Source: Octopus sinensis (lineage: Eukaryota). From it: DNA of 64,000 bases. The position numbers and the translations under genes are program-made. Below, in pieces: positions 13,533 through 26,905 of this stretch. How positions within the stretch are numbered: the first letter of the stretch is position 1; each line of letters begins with the position of its first letter. The stretch is from the NCBI RefSeq assembly GCF_006345805.1, contig NC_042998.1:188976001-189040000 (forward strand). The letters are read 5' to 3'. The notes under the pieces are model-generated. The model searched no databases. It saw only the letters and a list, made by a program, of their open reading frames with translations, and had not been told where the DNA came from.

Positions 13533-15081
13533 GCCGATAGTTTTATTTTATTTGTTGACGTTGGTTATAATTGTCCTGGTTGTTCTTGCTAGTGTTGTTA
13601 TCATCTTCATCGTCGACGTCGGCTGTCGTTGTTTAGCCCCCCACACACACACACACAAACACACACACATCATCATCATCATCTCCGGTCGAGAAAATAT
13701 ATGATCAGAAGCCGTTCCGGTCGTGACCATCCATCATTTTTTTTTTTAATTTATTTTTAAGCAGTAAATATTATTCAGTGTGTCATTCTTTTAATTTAAG
13801 ATAGCAAGGCATGATTCGAAGAAAACTTGACAGCTATTTCTAGCAAATCGAAGAATCATCTAGAAACTCGCGATTGCTGTTGTTTAACCCTAGGTCAGCT
13901 TTACTTGAGAAAACTTTGATCAAAAGCATTCCAGCCATGACCAATCTGTCGTTTTTCCAGGCTAGTTTATATGAGACTACTTCATTATCTAATGTGTCTG
14001 TCCTTCTTTAAAACAGCAGTGTGAAGGGAAGATTTAGCTGCTTTTTCCTGCATATCGAGTGACTACACAGAGGCTCCTTCGTTGGCTTGTTGGTACTGAT
14101 GATGTCAACCATCGTTCTAGACGGGTCTATTTATTATCACCAGATTGATCCCTTGTTGAGAAAGAGCGCGGATGGTAAAATGGTGCGGAATCCTCGAATA
14201 AAAATAAACCTTGGGAGTCTCTCTTTATCAAAGGGTGTATAAATCAAGGACCAGTCAAGTACTGGCCTTCGTTTAAATCAATACTAAGTCCTTCGCATTT
14301 GTGGCACTATGCTAATCAGTCAATTATAATATTACAGTTGATGGGACAGTGGATGAAAGAAGCTATAGATTGTATAACGCCGTGTTTGGTTCAAACTCCA
14401 CCGCTATCGATAGTTTCATCCTCTCAGAAATCTTTTTAAATAAATACCATCCAAGTAATACCTGCTAAATTGACTTTTTACTCCTCCGTAATTTGCAACC
14501 TTTTATCTATTAGAAACTATTAAAATACCGTTTGGTATTTAGTCATATCACTTTAAGTTCTGAGTTTAGAGCAGACTATGCCTTTCGTCTTTTGGATACA
14601 AAATAAAGTTCTAGTTATATATTTGGGTCGGTTTCCCTAAAAGGATGTTCCATTGCGCCGAAGTTAGAAGATGCGGAACATTTTTCTGCCGTAGCCCACA
14701 ATAGATTTATTTTCTATCGTTCGTAACTTGTCAAATGTCGACTAAATAACACCAAAAACTCGGTGTTCAAACTTAAATTGAAACTACGATGAAACAAAAC
14801 GCTAATCCAGAAAGTTGAAGTTCAATGACTCTTTTGTCTCTTGAACTCAGGTCGTCATGATTAATATTCCTGCTCTATCTTGTATATCATTGCGGTACAA
14901 CATAGAATAAAATAACTTGTATATTTTGTTAGAGCCTTGATATTCTGAGTTCAAATTGACCGGGTCTATCGGTATAACAATTGAATCAACTGCCTCTCCC
15001 TTAAACCATTGCGACTTGAAACTAACTATTATTAACGAAGACCGTGTAGATCCACATCGTTCTCTCTCTCTCTCTCTCTCT

Positions 15082-15139
<58 letters not shown>

Positions 15140-15767
15140 ATATATATATATAATATATATACTCATACATACATACATAATACATACATACATACATACA
15201 TATTATATCGGCCATAGACGTTGCCATTGGTGGATTTAGTTTAGTATCAACAACATTGTTGTGGCTGCTACTGCTGAAGTGATCGTTTCACCCCCGAGGA
15301 CAACCGTGGCCTAGTATCAAACCTATAATCAAAGGCCTTCCATCCATGATTATCCTGTTTGTCTTTCAGAGATAGTTTATCAAAGATTACATTATTCGAT
15401 GTGACCTGCTCTACTTTTAAAAACGGAAGTTCCGGAATGAGGAAACTTCAACTGCTATTTTTAGCTGGTAGAGAGACTACGTAGAAGCAGACTTGGTAAA
15501 ACATACGCTGCTATCGTTCATGTTGTTTTTTTAGTCCCAGGTCAAAATTGGTCGATCAAATAGATCGATGATCAGAAGTATTGCTGTTATGATTAACTTC
15601 CGCTTTTAGGAGTATGTAGGGCCACATACTTACCCAGAATAACACGTGGTTATAGAAGATGGCATGGTGTTTCCGGGATATTTAGTTGTGATATCTAGGA
15701 AGCAGAGTGATCTCGTAGAGACTCATTCTGCTGCTGTTACTGTGTTGGATTTTACAGATGGTGATAC

Positions 15768-17198
15768 ATAGAAAACAAAATATCTACAATATCAGTCAGT
15801 TTTCTGGTTAATTATAGGCAGTAGACGAATACCATGTTATTGGTGAGCGTTTCCATGGCTTGCAATGCTGATTAGATCTTCCTAGGGAAAAATTACTATA
15901 CAGCAATGAGTAATGGTTTGCTTGTGCACTACTTAAGCACATTCCTATCAGAACTGCTTTGATTTTGGTTTTCCAACATCGAAAGCAGCAAAAATTGTGA
16001 TAACTAGCATAAGCAAAAGAAAATAAATGAGTGAGAAAGTCTACAGTCGATTGAGCGGATCTCAAGCTATTATTTCTTTTATCGACTTCAGAGGAATGAA
16101 AGACAAAGTCAACCTAGGAGAGATTTGAATTTAGAATGTGAGGGAGCGGAAAAAATAACACAAAGCAATATAATCCGACATATTACCGTTTCTGCAATCC
16201 CACCACTTTTCCCCGAATTAAAAGCCTCAACGTGGTCGCTCGACTTGCTGAAATATCAGCCGAATCTTCCTCAAATCACATGCTACAATCTTTTTAAAGG
16301 AGTGAATATTTAATGTCATACATTCTTCCTTGGTCACGGCAATGAGCATCCACCTGTTGAACCAACTGAGCTTCTGCTTATGTAAGTGGCTGAATGCACC
16401 ACAGAGAGGGCCACCTATCTCAAGCTGAATCAATGGTACAGTGTGTATGTATGTATGTATGTATGTGTGTATGTATGTGTGTATGTATGTATGTATGTAT
16501 GCATGTATGTATGTATGTATGTATGCATGCATATCGTACAGTACGTTATTGCACCATGTACTCAGCGTTACATAATCCAACAATGTTCTCCCTTTTTAAG
16601 CAAAGTTTTAGCGAACACTCGTCCACTCGAGAGTGATGTTGTTGTGGTTGCTAATGTTGTTAATTTAGTGTCCAATCTGTTCCTTTAAAAAGGCTGTAGC
16701 ATGTGATTTAAGGAAGATTCAACCGATATTCCAGAAGGTCGCGCGACCGCGTTGAGGCTTCTTGTACTGGAAAAAGTAATGGGTTTGCAGAAACGGTAAC
16801 GCGTTAGATTATATGTTGCATGTTATTTTTTCCGCTCCCTCACATTCTATATTTAAATCTCGCCTACATTGACTTTACCTCTCATTCCTCTGAAGTCGAA
16901 AAAAGAAATGGTAGCTTGAGTTCCGTTCAATCGACTGTAGACTTTCTCCACTCTTTTCTTGTTGCTTATGCTAGATATCACAATTTTTTGCTGCCTTCGA
17001 TGTTGGAAATCCAAAATCAAAATAGTTCTGATCTGAACGTACTCAAGTATTGCAAAAGCAAACCTTTACTCATTATTGCAAAGTTATTTTCCCCTAGGAA
17101 GATCTAATCAGCATTACAAGCCATGGAAACGCTCACCAATAACATGGTATTCTTCTAGCCAGAAGATTGACTGATATAGTAGATATTTTGTTCTTATA
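15768..17198. repeat. Two ~520-bp copies of a composite interspersed repeat in inverted orientation, ~370 bp apart
   Basis: 15768-16300 is the reverse complement of 16675-17198 with visible divergence, e.g. ataccatgttattggtgagcgtttccatggcttg vs caagccatggaaacgctcaccaataacatggtat. Confidence 0.8.
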
Positions 17199-17568
17199 CG
17201 TAACATTCGACACTAAAACAAGACCAAATGTTCCAAATGTTTTTATAGTTTCTAAAGTTTTATTAAGAGTTGCTCCCCAAAATGGTGTCCAGTATCCGGA
17301 ATTCGCTAAATTAGTTCTGAGAATCAGTGAGTTAAGTTAAAAATTTCAACACGTGCAGTGTAAAATATATAATTAGATGCAAAGAAACTGATAAAGATAA
17401 TCTTTCGAAATTTCGAAGTGGCTCCGTATCTTGAGGAATAGTATAGACACTTTATAAAACATGATCACTTCCATTAAACTTAAAACTCGGGGCATATTAT
17501 TAACAAATCAGCATTAACTATCTCATTAAACAAATATTTATTTAGTTTCATATTCAGTTACATATATA

Positions 17569-17604
17569 GTTTCTGTAGAAAAGCGTAGGCTCGAAACGTA
17601 AAAT
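17569..17604 (+). ncRNA. Degenerate minimal type I hammerhead-like motif
   Basis: GTTT CTGTAGA A AAGC GTAG GCTC GAA AC GT A^AAAT; same layout as 46922-46956, but the core and stem II are mutated. Confidence 0.35.
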
Positions 17605-17720
17605 ACTTTTTCAATTCCTGAACGTTATACTAATACATCTGTTTGTTTTCTACACCACTTGTCTTCGTCTTTTGTTTTTTTCGTGAACTCTCCACATGTA
17701 TGTATATATATATATATATA

Positions 17721-18875
17721 TATATAGGTAAACAGTTAAAATTAATTACAGGACATGGACAAGAACATGAAACACCACAGAGACGACACAAGAACCACAG
17801 GACGGGACATTCGAATCGAAGCCCTCAGTCATCAGTCAAGAACCAGATCATCTTAGCAATTTCGGCTGATTAATCTTGAGATTGCTCCGATATGGCCAGC
17901 CCGCCAAGGGAAATCTAAGCCAAGCGCATTAGATCCCCTGGAAGAAAGCTTCGAATGTATACAACGAAAGGACGGAAAACGATCGAAGTACACAAACAAA
18001 AATACAGAATACGTGACACCAATAAGAATACAAAAACGTAAAAACAATAACGGTAAAAATAAAAAATAAACAACAAAACAAAACCAGGACGTAGGACAAG
18101 GGTCTTTCGACAGGACGATTTGAGTATGGGGCTGGCTTGTGAAGTTGTGCCTAAAGGCCACGGGGAGACGAACAAATACGTGTTGCTTCTGAGGCTGCTG
18201 AAAACGAAAAGAGCGCTCAACAGCGGCTAGCTGTCACGTGAGAACAAAAGACAGGAGAAAGGACAGATGAAAAGGGAGAGAAGGTGGACGAGGGAGGAGA
18301 AGAAAGAGACAGATCGAGGGGGCTGGAGGTTGAGAGAGATAGAGAAACGTAGAAAGGGGGGGGGGACGGATGGAGAGGGAAAGAAAGGAAGTGGAATAAG
18401 GGAGGAGAGAGAGAGAGAGAAAAAGAGACAGATTAAGAGTCGTATCAAAGCTTGAGAAAAAAATATACTTATCGTATAAGGACAATTGTGGATACGTAGC
18501 CGCCGATTATATAGGTAAACAGTAAAATTAATTACAGACATGGACAAGAACATGAAACACCACAGAGACGACACAAGAACCACAGGACGGGACATTCGAA
18601 GCCCTCAGTCATCAGTCAAGAACCAGATCATCTTAGCAATTTCGGCTGATTAATCTTGAGATTGCTCCGATATGGCCAGCCCGCCAAGGGAAATCTAAGC
18701 CAAGCGCATTAGATCCCCTGGAAGAAAGAAGCTTCGAATGTATACAACGAAAGGACGGAAAACGATCGAAGTACACAAACAAAAATACAGAATACGTGAC
18801 ACCAATAAGAATACAAAAACGTAAAAACAATAACGGTAAAAATAAAAAATAAACAACAAAACAAAACCAGGACGT

Positions 18876-18877
<2 letters not shown>
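17721..18877 (-). mobile_element. Partial-tandem element in (TA)n: ~370-bp direct repeats around a ~410-bp spacer (Penelope-like pLTR arrangement)
   Basis: 17721-18094 and 18508-18877 are near-identical; (TA)n on both outer flanks; diverged homolog at 36770-37040. Confidence 0.6.
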
Positions 18878-18909
<32 letters not shown>

Positions 18910-20451
18910 TCCATTTCAGAGATGAAGCCGAAAATGAGAATTTATGGTGAGCAACAAAAATCGGTATATACCGGGGCCTCTGGAAAAAATATATATAAAT
19001 AAAAGGGGTCTCCTATCTTGAAAAGTTGGAAACCACGATTTTATTATAATTATTTTGTTAACTACTTTAATTTCTACACTCACAGGTATCGTAGAGTAAA
19101 TAAGAATCTCCTGACAATCGAGAATGCGATTCCAGTAATTTCATTTCCCAAAAATTTAAATCAAAACAATGCCTTTAAGGACGCTATTTACATTCTTTGA
19201 TTTAAAGGATTTCAACTACGAGTGGCGTCATATTAAAAATCTGTTAAACCAATTCATCTACATATAACTCTGTACTACAGATTTATAAAGATTACTGCTG
19301 TAATCAACAGGAGAGCTAAAGAATTAACGATTGTTACATTAACTTGCAATACTTATAGAATCCAAATTGTCTTATAAGTCTGGAGATAGAAACACCTCTC
19401 CTTCATTCAGAATCAGACAAGAATTATAATCGTTTTAGCCTTGCTTGCTATTGGAACAAGCTTCTGTTGCTGATCAGGGGTAGTAGACACCAAAAGACGT
19501 TGTTTCATGGTATCTGTATTCTATTTATCCTGTAAACTATACTAGTTGTACGTGTATTAGTGTATATTACTATACATCAACTTAGAGCTTGATTCAGCTC
19601 TAAATCGGCATGAACACAGGCGATTACTCTTCGCTGAGGAGATCTAAGTATAGCAAAACATGCCTGTAGTTGTCCCAGTGTATGACGAAAGAAACTAGGC
19701 AAAACAGTTTACAGTCGATAAATGGTTTCTTTCTTCAACGCAGAGCTATTTTTTTTCCTTTTTTCCTTCGCTCCTTGCCTAAAATAAATTTATTAACAGT
19801 AACTTAATGTTGTTTCATACAGCTTATTATTATTGGTTGCATTAAAACGGAAACAGAGGAAAATAAACTACGACTGGATAAAACATAAAACAAAAAGAGA
19901 AATGCAACGTGAAAGAATCGATGGATAGAAAGAAAAAAGAGAAGGAAGACAAAGAGAATGAATGATTGATCGAAAAACGGAGAAGTGAAAAAGAAATTAG
20001 AAAGAAAACAAAAGAAGGTGTAAGAATAAAGACAAAGATGGAAAATTGCTAAAAAGATGTCAAAGGAAGTGAGAAAATTGCAAGAGAGAAGAATTAAAAC
20101 TTGATAGAAAGAGAGAAAAGAAGAGACAGGGAGAAAGAGAAAGGGACAGAGATGGTGGGAGAGTAAGGAGGGGAGAGAACAAGACATAAAAACAAAGTAA
20201 CAAATAATAAAGAATGAGACAAATTGTGGAAAATGCTTGCCAAAATAAAGCAAAAAGAAATCAATGTCCTGACCACAAGCACAGTATGTGACTAAAACGT
20301 TCACTTCGTAATCTCAGAGTTCCGAGTTCGATCCAATATAGTGGCACCATGGGCGTATATCTTCTGAACTAGCATCTAGTAGATTAGTGGTTGAATAATG
20401 GAACTGCGCCAAATTCGACAGGATATATATGCACATATATACACGCTTTAA

Positions 20452-20890
20452 ATTTTTAACTAGTTTCAGCTCGAGAGCTGTGACCTTGCTGGGGCACCGC
20501 TACTAGCTTTGCTAGGCCTTCACTACTTAAAACCTCCTCTGATATGTGGCATTTGGTAAATGGAGGGGGGTTGATGCTGCTTCCCTCATCTGCGTTTCCT
20601 GTCGTGATGTAGGCTCATCCGAAACTTTTGACAGGAGCAGATTCAGTTTTGTTTTCAAGACACCTACATCCACGCCATGCAGGTCAATGAGGCTTTGTAG
20701 GAGAATATTGAAGAACTGTGGGCTTGTATTGAACCCAATCTGTTGCAGTACTTGGTACTGTATCTTGATGGTAATGTTGGGATCTTTGGCACTTTTGTGT
20801 AACTTTCAATGCCAACGTTTGGTACAAGTCGTTCCAGGGTTTTCCAGGTGTATATCACTGCATATCTTTCTCGCCTTCATTCTATACACA
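20452..20890 (-). mobile_element. 5'-truncated CR1/L2-group LINE 3' end
   Basis: RRERYAVIYTWKTLERLVPN..PKIPTLPSRYSTKYCN..PQFFNIL..LKTKLNLLLSKVSDEP, then a 3' tail with the stem-loop CAGCT-CTCG-AGCTG. Confidence 0.7.
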
Positions 20891-20997
20891 GACACTCACA
20901 CACACACACATACATTTATATATATATATATATATACATTTATACATAAATATACATATATATTTACGTATGTAAACATACAAACATAAGCACACAC

Positions 20998-21058
<61 letters not shown>

Positions 21059-21163
21059 ATATACATATATATATATTTGAAACAGTGAGACTCGAAGTAT
21101 ATAAACCCTCCAATGTGCGTGTAAATATTGGGTTCAAAATTCTTTTGGATAGAAGAAATCAAA

Positions 21164-21236
21164 GGTAACATGTGGGACTCGAACCCGCATCTTCTGTAAG
21201 CATGACAGACGTTCAGCCATTGGACAAAAGCAATCC
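21164..21236 (-). pseudogene. 73-nt tRNA-like relic (tRNA pseudogene or orphan SINE head)
   Basis: B box GGTTCGAGTCCC in a T arm; anticodon-arm stem TCTGT/ACAGA with a 7-nt loop; the acceptor stem does not pair. Confidence 0.35.
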
Positions 21237-21311
21237 TACGAATTTATATATTTTTTATGACATCAACAATATATAATTCTTACTCGTTTCTAAAATGTAT
21301 GGAGAATTTCA

Positions 21312-21434
21312 ACTTAGCGGTTCGGCAAAGCGGCCGATAGAATAAGTACTAGGCTGAAGTCCTGGGGTCGATTTGTTCGACTAAAGGCGGTGCTGCAGCA
21401 TCGCCACAGTCAAATGACTGAAACAACCAAAAGA

Positions 21435-21435
<1 letters not shown>
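21312..21435 (+). mobile_element. 3' portion of SINE family A
   Basis: ttagcggttcggcaaa..gatagaataagtact..ggggtcgatttg..ggcggtgc..cagtcaaatgactgaaaca. Confidence 0.8.
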
Positions 21436-21472
<37 letters not shown>

Positions 21473-21740
21473 GCACGCACGCACACACACACACAACAAC
21501 ACACACACACACTCGGAAGAACTGAACAGAGAACTCAATACATCACTTGAGCAAATGCATAATATTACAGTTCCAGCTAATTGTATTCCGTTACACAAAC
21601 TCTCATGTTTTAATGTATTTGGATATTACTCAAATTGAACTGGCTGACGGAAAAAACACGCTTCTGGCAAAGGAATTTATCAGACTCTCTATCGCTATAT
21701 ATATGTGTGTGTATGTGTGTATGTCTGTGTGTGAGTGCAT

Positions 21741-21785
<45 letters not shown>

Positions 21786-22740
21786 TAAAGAGAGAGAATG
21801 AAAGAGACATAAATGTATGTGTATATGTGTATATGTGTGTATGTGGGCGGAAGGTGCTAAATAGAGGAGAAAGCCGAATTGATTTAATGACTAACAAGAG
21901 AAAACAGTAAGAATGATAAAAGGGAAACAGGAAATATTGTGAGAATATTTTAGACAGGGCACAGAAAGCTAAAAAAGGGATTGATCAGAACTCCAATGTG
22001 TGTGTGTGTGTGTGAATGTGTGTGCGTGTGTGTGTTACTTATGTGTGCTCGTACAAATTGTATTGTGTGTTAAACTGCTTTTCTCTAGAGCTTCTATTGA
22101 ACAGACGATTCCGTTCAAGTTTAATAAATACTTAGCGGCATTTCATCTCTGTACTTTCTGGGCTGAAATTCCACCGAGGTCGACTTTGCCTTCCATCCTT
22201 TCGTGGGGACGATATATAAAGTACCCATAGAACACTGGATTTGATGAAGTCGACTGCCCTCCCTCCCCTAAAATTTCAGGCCTTGTGCCTATAGTAGAAA
22301 GGATGATTATTTTCGGTTTGGCTCAGGTTTGTTCTTATTCCTGGTAAGATTTCCGTGGGTAGCGGGTTACTACCTGTAACCTTAGGTATCCACAAGTTTA
22401 CGGCAGTCTTTCAAGTGCTTAGAACCCTCCTGATACTCCCAGCTGCCCCTAAGAGACAATCTTTCTGTAGGAGGTATTCAATTTCATTTCTATTTTAATC
22501 TCCTCCAGCCATTTGTCTACATCTTGGCTTACTGTTTCCAACACACCAAGTTGTTGTTGTTGTTGTTGTTGTTGCTGCTGTTGTTAAAGCAGTGAGCTGG
22601 CAGAATCGTTAGTATGCTGGGAAATATGGTTAGCTGCATTTCGCCCGTCCTTACCTTCTGAGTTCAAATTCCGCCGAGTTTGCATTCGCTGTTATAATTC
22701 AAGTGCCCCTGCCACAGCCCGCCAAAATTCACGGAAACAG

Positions 22741-23311
22741 ATACTACATCCAAAATTAAATGTAGTATAATTACAATCAACTAATAAGGGTGAGAGAATT
22801 AGATACTAATTTAATAGTATATCCATTTAACACCAAGTGGCTTAGTGCATAAAAACCCGGAATTCAATAAATTTTGAACCGCACGTGTGTTTATCGTTAT
22901 GGTAAAATCTAGCGTGCGGTTGAGTAAATTGTATTCTGGACGGGTTCGGCTGAAGAGCTACAGATATGTTGTGTGAGTAAAATTACATAGTTTATTAATA
23001 GCGAAACAATTGTCCTGAACTAATCTGCATTTTTGTTATTTTTATTTGCCCTGTTCCTTTGCGCTAGTAGTCGTGCTAACTTTCATCGGAAACAATTCTT
23101 TGTGGCTGAAACCTAGCGGATCCATTTTTAGTGCTAGAGTCGATCACATAGTGGTTACTCTCTTATATTTATATATAAAATTTATTGAATTCCGGGTTTT
23201 TATGCACTAAGCCACTTTGTGTTAAATGGATGTACTCTTAAATTAGTATCTAATTCTCTCACCCTTATTAGTTGATTGTAATTATACTACATTTAATTTT
23301 AGATGTAGTAT
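22741..23311. mobile_element. ~570-bp MITE-like element with ~130-bp terminal inverted repeats
   Basis: 22741-22873 is the reverse complement of 23178-23311 (atactacatccaaaattaaatgtagtataattacaatcaactaataagggtgagagaattag...). Confidence 0.8.
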
Positions 23312-23456
23312 AATTTTGGATGTGATATATATATGCGAAGCGTATTGTGACAGCGATGTGTAAGCAACATCTGATAGCCTGGTCGGTGACGGTGATCACG
23401 GTGATATATATATATAATATATATATATAATATATATATATATATAAACTCGACTC

Positions 23457-23662
23457 CGTCGGTCACGCATGACCATGGGTGCACCTAAGAGGTTCCCCTC
23501 CGGGGCACAAGTCTGGGTGGAAAGTCGCCTCATCGGCGAACGCACAACCTAGAGTTGTTTTTATGGACAGCCAACAGTTGCCCATGCATACCAGCCTCCC
23601 TTTCCACGCCACCGATGTTATCCATAGGAAAGACAAAGGCCGATACAGCTTGGCACTAGTGT
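23457..23662 (-). mobile_element. 3' half of SINE family C
   Basis: cccatgcataccagcctccc..aaagacaaaggccgatacagcttggcac matches 35200-35285. Confidence 0.7.
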
Positions 23663-25649
23663 AGTTTTATTGCAGGGACTTCGTCGTGGCGGTTGGGGTA
23701 ACAGTATTAATGAAATAGGAGCTGGAATGTGTAATAGACTTTATTGGGTACAACATGTTTCAACCCGCTCTGGGTCTCTTCAGGTACATCAATAAAATGT
23801 CTCACTAGAGATTTCTTGAGTTAGCTTACGTACCGCTATATGTCCATCAAATTCATGAATGAGTAAAAGCAGAAACAAATTATTGAAAAAATTAAAATAT
23901 GAACGTGGAAAGCATACATTCTAGTTTAGAGAAAATGGCGTAAAAGTAGAAGTTGAAAGGAAGATAATACTTAGACGAAATTTTTTGGCATTTGTACTCA
24001 GACGTATATATACATACACAGATCCATATATATATATATATCGCACATATACATACACGCTCAGACACGCGCATCCAAGTATATGGACATATAAATACAA
24101 CTAGATACACGCACATATGCACACGTATGAACTAATATATACATATATATATATAGGAACTCGTATGCGCAGGTATACACGTGTATATATACATAAATAT
24201 ACGTACATAGTATAGATAAACATGTGCATGTGTGTGGGGGGGGTGTACAAAAAAGGAGAGACGGTTAGCACTCACCTTGACAAAGACGGAAGAGATCAAT
24301 CGATCTTTCTAACACATATGGGCATTGCTCTCTACTTTAGAGCAACCTATTTTTCAACAGCGGTGCATCAGCATGGCCGCAATTCTGAGCTGAAACTAGA
24401 GAGAGAGAAAAAAAGCTTCCACACTGCTTCTGTCACCAGATTCACTCATAGGGTATTGGTTAGTCCCCGAAGCTAGAGTAGAACATACTTGCTCAAGACT
24501 GAATCCGAAACCACATGGCTGCAAAACGAGCTTCTTACTCACACAGCCTTACCTACGCATTTGGGAGCGGAGAAGTCCTTAATGCAATCATGTAGTAGCG
24601 AGCATACTTAAGTAACCTCTCGGTCTACGTTGGGATCCTCTCGTCAGCCTTGCTGTTTCTGCCGCCTAAGGCTCTGCGGTAGCGATTATGTCAAATCATT
24701 CTAAAACGTGATTCCGCTGGAATTTCTGCCTGTGCTTTTCCTATGATCGTGAATTTGGAGATGTTCAAGAGGAAAATCTATTATAAAACGTAACCAGTTT
24801 CGGAGAGCAAACAAAAGCTATGCATACAGCCCTTTTACAAAGATCTATTGAAATATAGTAGGAGAATGAATAAACATTTTTAGTGTGGGGAAAAGCGAAG
24901 TACTGACTTAAGTCCTGGGACTTATGGGTCCGTTACTCAGTTTCCATAGTGTATAAGTGACCGAGATCACGTCACTGACCCCGAGCGGGACATCAACCTG
25001 TTGCAGGGTTACTCATTGATTGCAATACCCTAACCACAAGGCTACCTGCCTTCATCATGGGAAAAGGAAGAGGGGATAGAAATTGAGGGAAAAGACCTGG
25101 AGAAAAGCCGAGAAAACTGAAAAGAAATTAAAAGTGATAACAAGTACGAGGATATCAGTAGAATTTATTGTTGCCATTTAGTCTTCGGCTTGCCCTGGGT
25201 TAACATGACCATCTCGTCTTTCAAACATAGTGTTTCTAGACTTATGATTTGCACATTTAAAACGGTGTTTCTAGTTTTACATTGTTCGAGTATCCGTCTT
25301 TATTTTCAGATGATAGGGTGTAATTTGATGGAAAATTGAGAATGCGAAGGCGGAGACAACAGTGACAACAAACAAAGCGGAATGAAAAAGATGATGGGAG
25401 TATAATAAAAAAAACAAGAGGAGAAAGAAGTGATAATCCTCGATGTGTGTGGTGTGGTGTGAGTATGATGTGCGAGTGTTTAAATGCCGGAGAGATAGAA
25501 ACACCGCGGAAAAATGTATGTAATTATATGCATTGAACACCCACATACATTCACTATCGGTACCAGTAACGATTCTTTTCTAAGGTATCATAGGAATCCA
25601 AAAGTCGTTGACAGATCTTAAAACGATTTTGCTTGTGTATTTCTACGAG

Positions 25650-25950
25650 TTGTTTGGGGACTTATTTTGCACAGACTTTACTAAAGTTTAATATAGATAT
25701 GGTATAGCAAGTAGTCCCAAATGTCAGAGCAACAAGCTATTGTAGATCTTGTTTGAGCTTTGTTAAAGTCAGGTGTTCATCAGAGTTGAAATATTTTGGG
25801 TCTATGAATAGAGACCAGGAAAACTACTATTAGTGGTACAGATTTGTTTATATTACGTAATGTGGACAACCAGAAATAATCATGCAGCAACATAATGCGT
25901 TTTGATCGTATACTGTTGAAGTCTAGGTTAGATAAGGCACTCGAGTATTT
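25650..25950 (+). mobile_element. Possible highly decayed L1/Tx1 ORF2 C-terminal relic
   Basis: YRYGIASSPKCQ..ILFELC..FWVYE..YYVMWTTRNN resembles the layout of the Cys/His C-terminus; many stops. Confidence 0.25.
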
Positions 25951-26273
25951 CCTTCGTACGAGCAGTGTTTGAGTTGTTGTTACTGTTGAGACTAGATCAA
26001 ACATGGGCAACCTTTTTTTTTTTCCAGAAGCGGGTTGATGGGACATGACTCATCATTAGGCGGGCATCACAACTAAAACAATTCAAGGTAATTTTGTGTT
26101 AGGCGTGCCATCCAGAAAGTCTCGTAGGCCACAGGTTACCGATGACTGCACTAGATTGTCATATCCTAATTAAAGGCATTTTGCGGTTTCTCTTTACAGG
26201 AATTGAAGTTTTAGTGTAAATTTTCTTGGTTACAAGTGAATGGCGCCAGTTTGTAGAATGTTATGGGTAAATA

Positions 26274-26617
26274 AAGGGTAAAGACCCACTTCGGTCATGA
26301 ATGGCTATGGGATTGCGCCTAAAAAGTTCCCCTGCTTAGATACAAGTCCGTACAAGATTGTTTATGGAAGTCCAGCAGTCGCCCATGCATACCAGTCTCC
26401 CTTCTCCACACCACCGATGTTATTCAAGGAAAAGGCAAAGGGGCCGATACAGCTTGGCACCTGTGACATCGCAACTCATTTTTACAGCTGAATGAACTGG
26501 AGCAACGTGAAATAAAGTATCTTGCTCAAGAACACAACACACAGACCGGACCGGTAATCGAACTCACTACCTCATGATTGTGGGCCCGACACTCTACCCA
26601 CTGAACTATGCACCTTC
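26274..26617 (-). mobile_element. SINE family C (tRNA-derived head)
   Basis: Near full-length match to 35095-35439. Confidence 0.8.
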
Positions 26618-26758
26618 ATAGAATGTTAAGGAGTGTGTGAGAGAGAGAGAGCATTTGTGCACATGCGTCTGGGATAAACTCACATTCATGTAGTGGGGTT
26701 ACTTTAGTATACAAGAGTACTATTGTATGTACGCTTGTATAAGTATGTATGTATGATA

Positions 26759-26905
26759 TGTCAGCGTAGTGCTACTGGCAACATCAAACCCAATACAATT
26801 TGTCGCATGGTTAGACCGTTGGCGACTAAACTGCTAATCCTAACAAGCCTGTTTTCATTGGATATTGCAGGATAAAAAAAAATCCCTCATCAAAGGGCGG
26901 ATAAA
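26759..26905 (+). mobile_element. Degenerate 5' end of the bipartite RTE-derived element
   Basis: gtcagcgtagtgctactggcaacat..gcatggttagaccgttggcgactaaac aligns with the reverse complement of 58540-58622; preceded by gtatgtatgtatg. Confidence 0.6.

Noticed and set aside
24660-24790. Possible Jockey/CR1 C-terminal relic (..ACAFPMIVNLEMFKRKI)
   Set aside because: Too short and degenerate to assign without a profile search.
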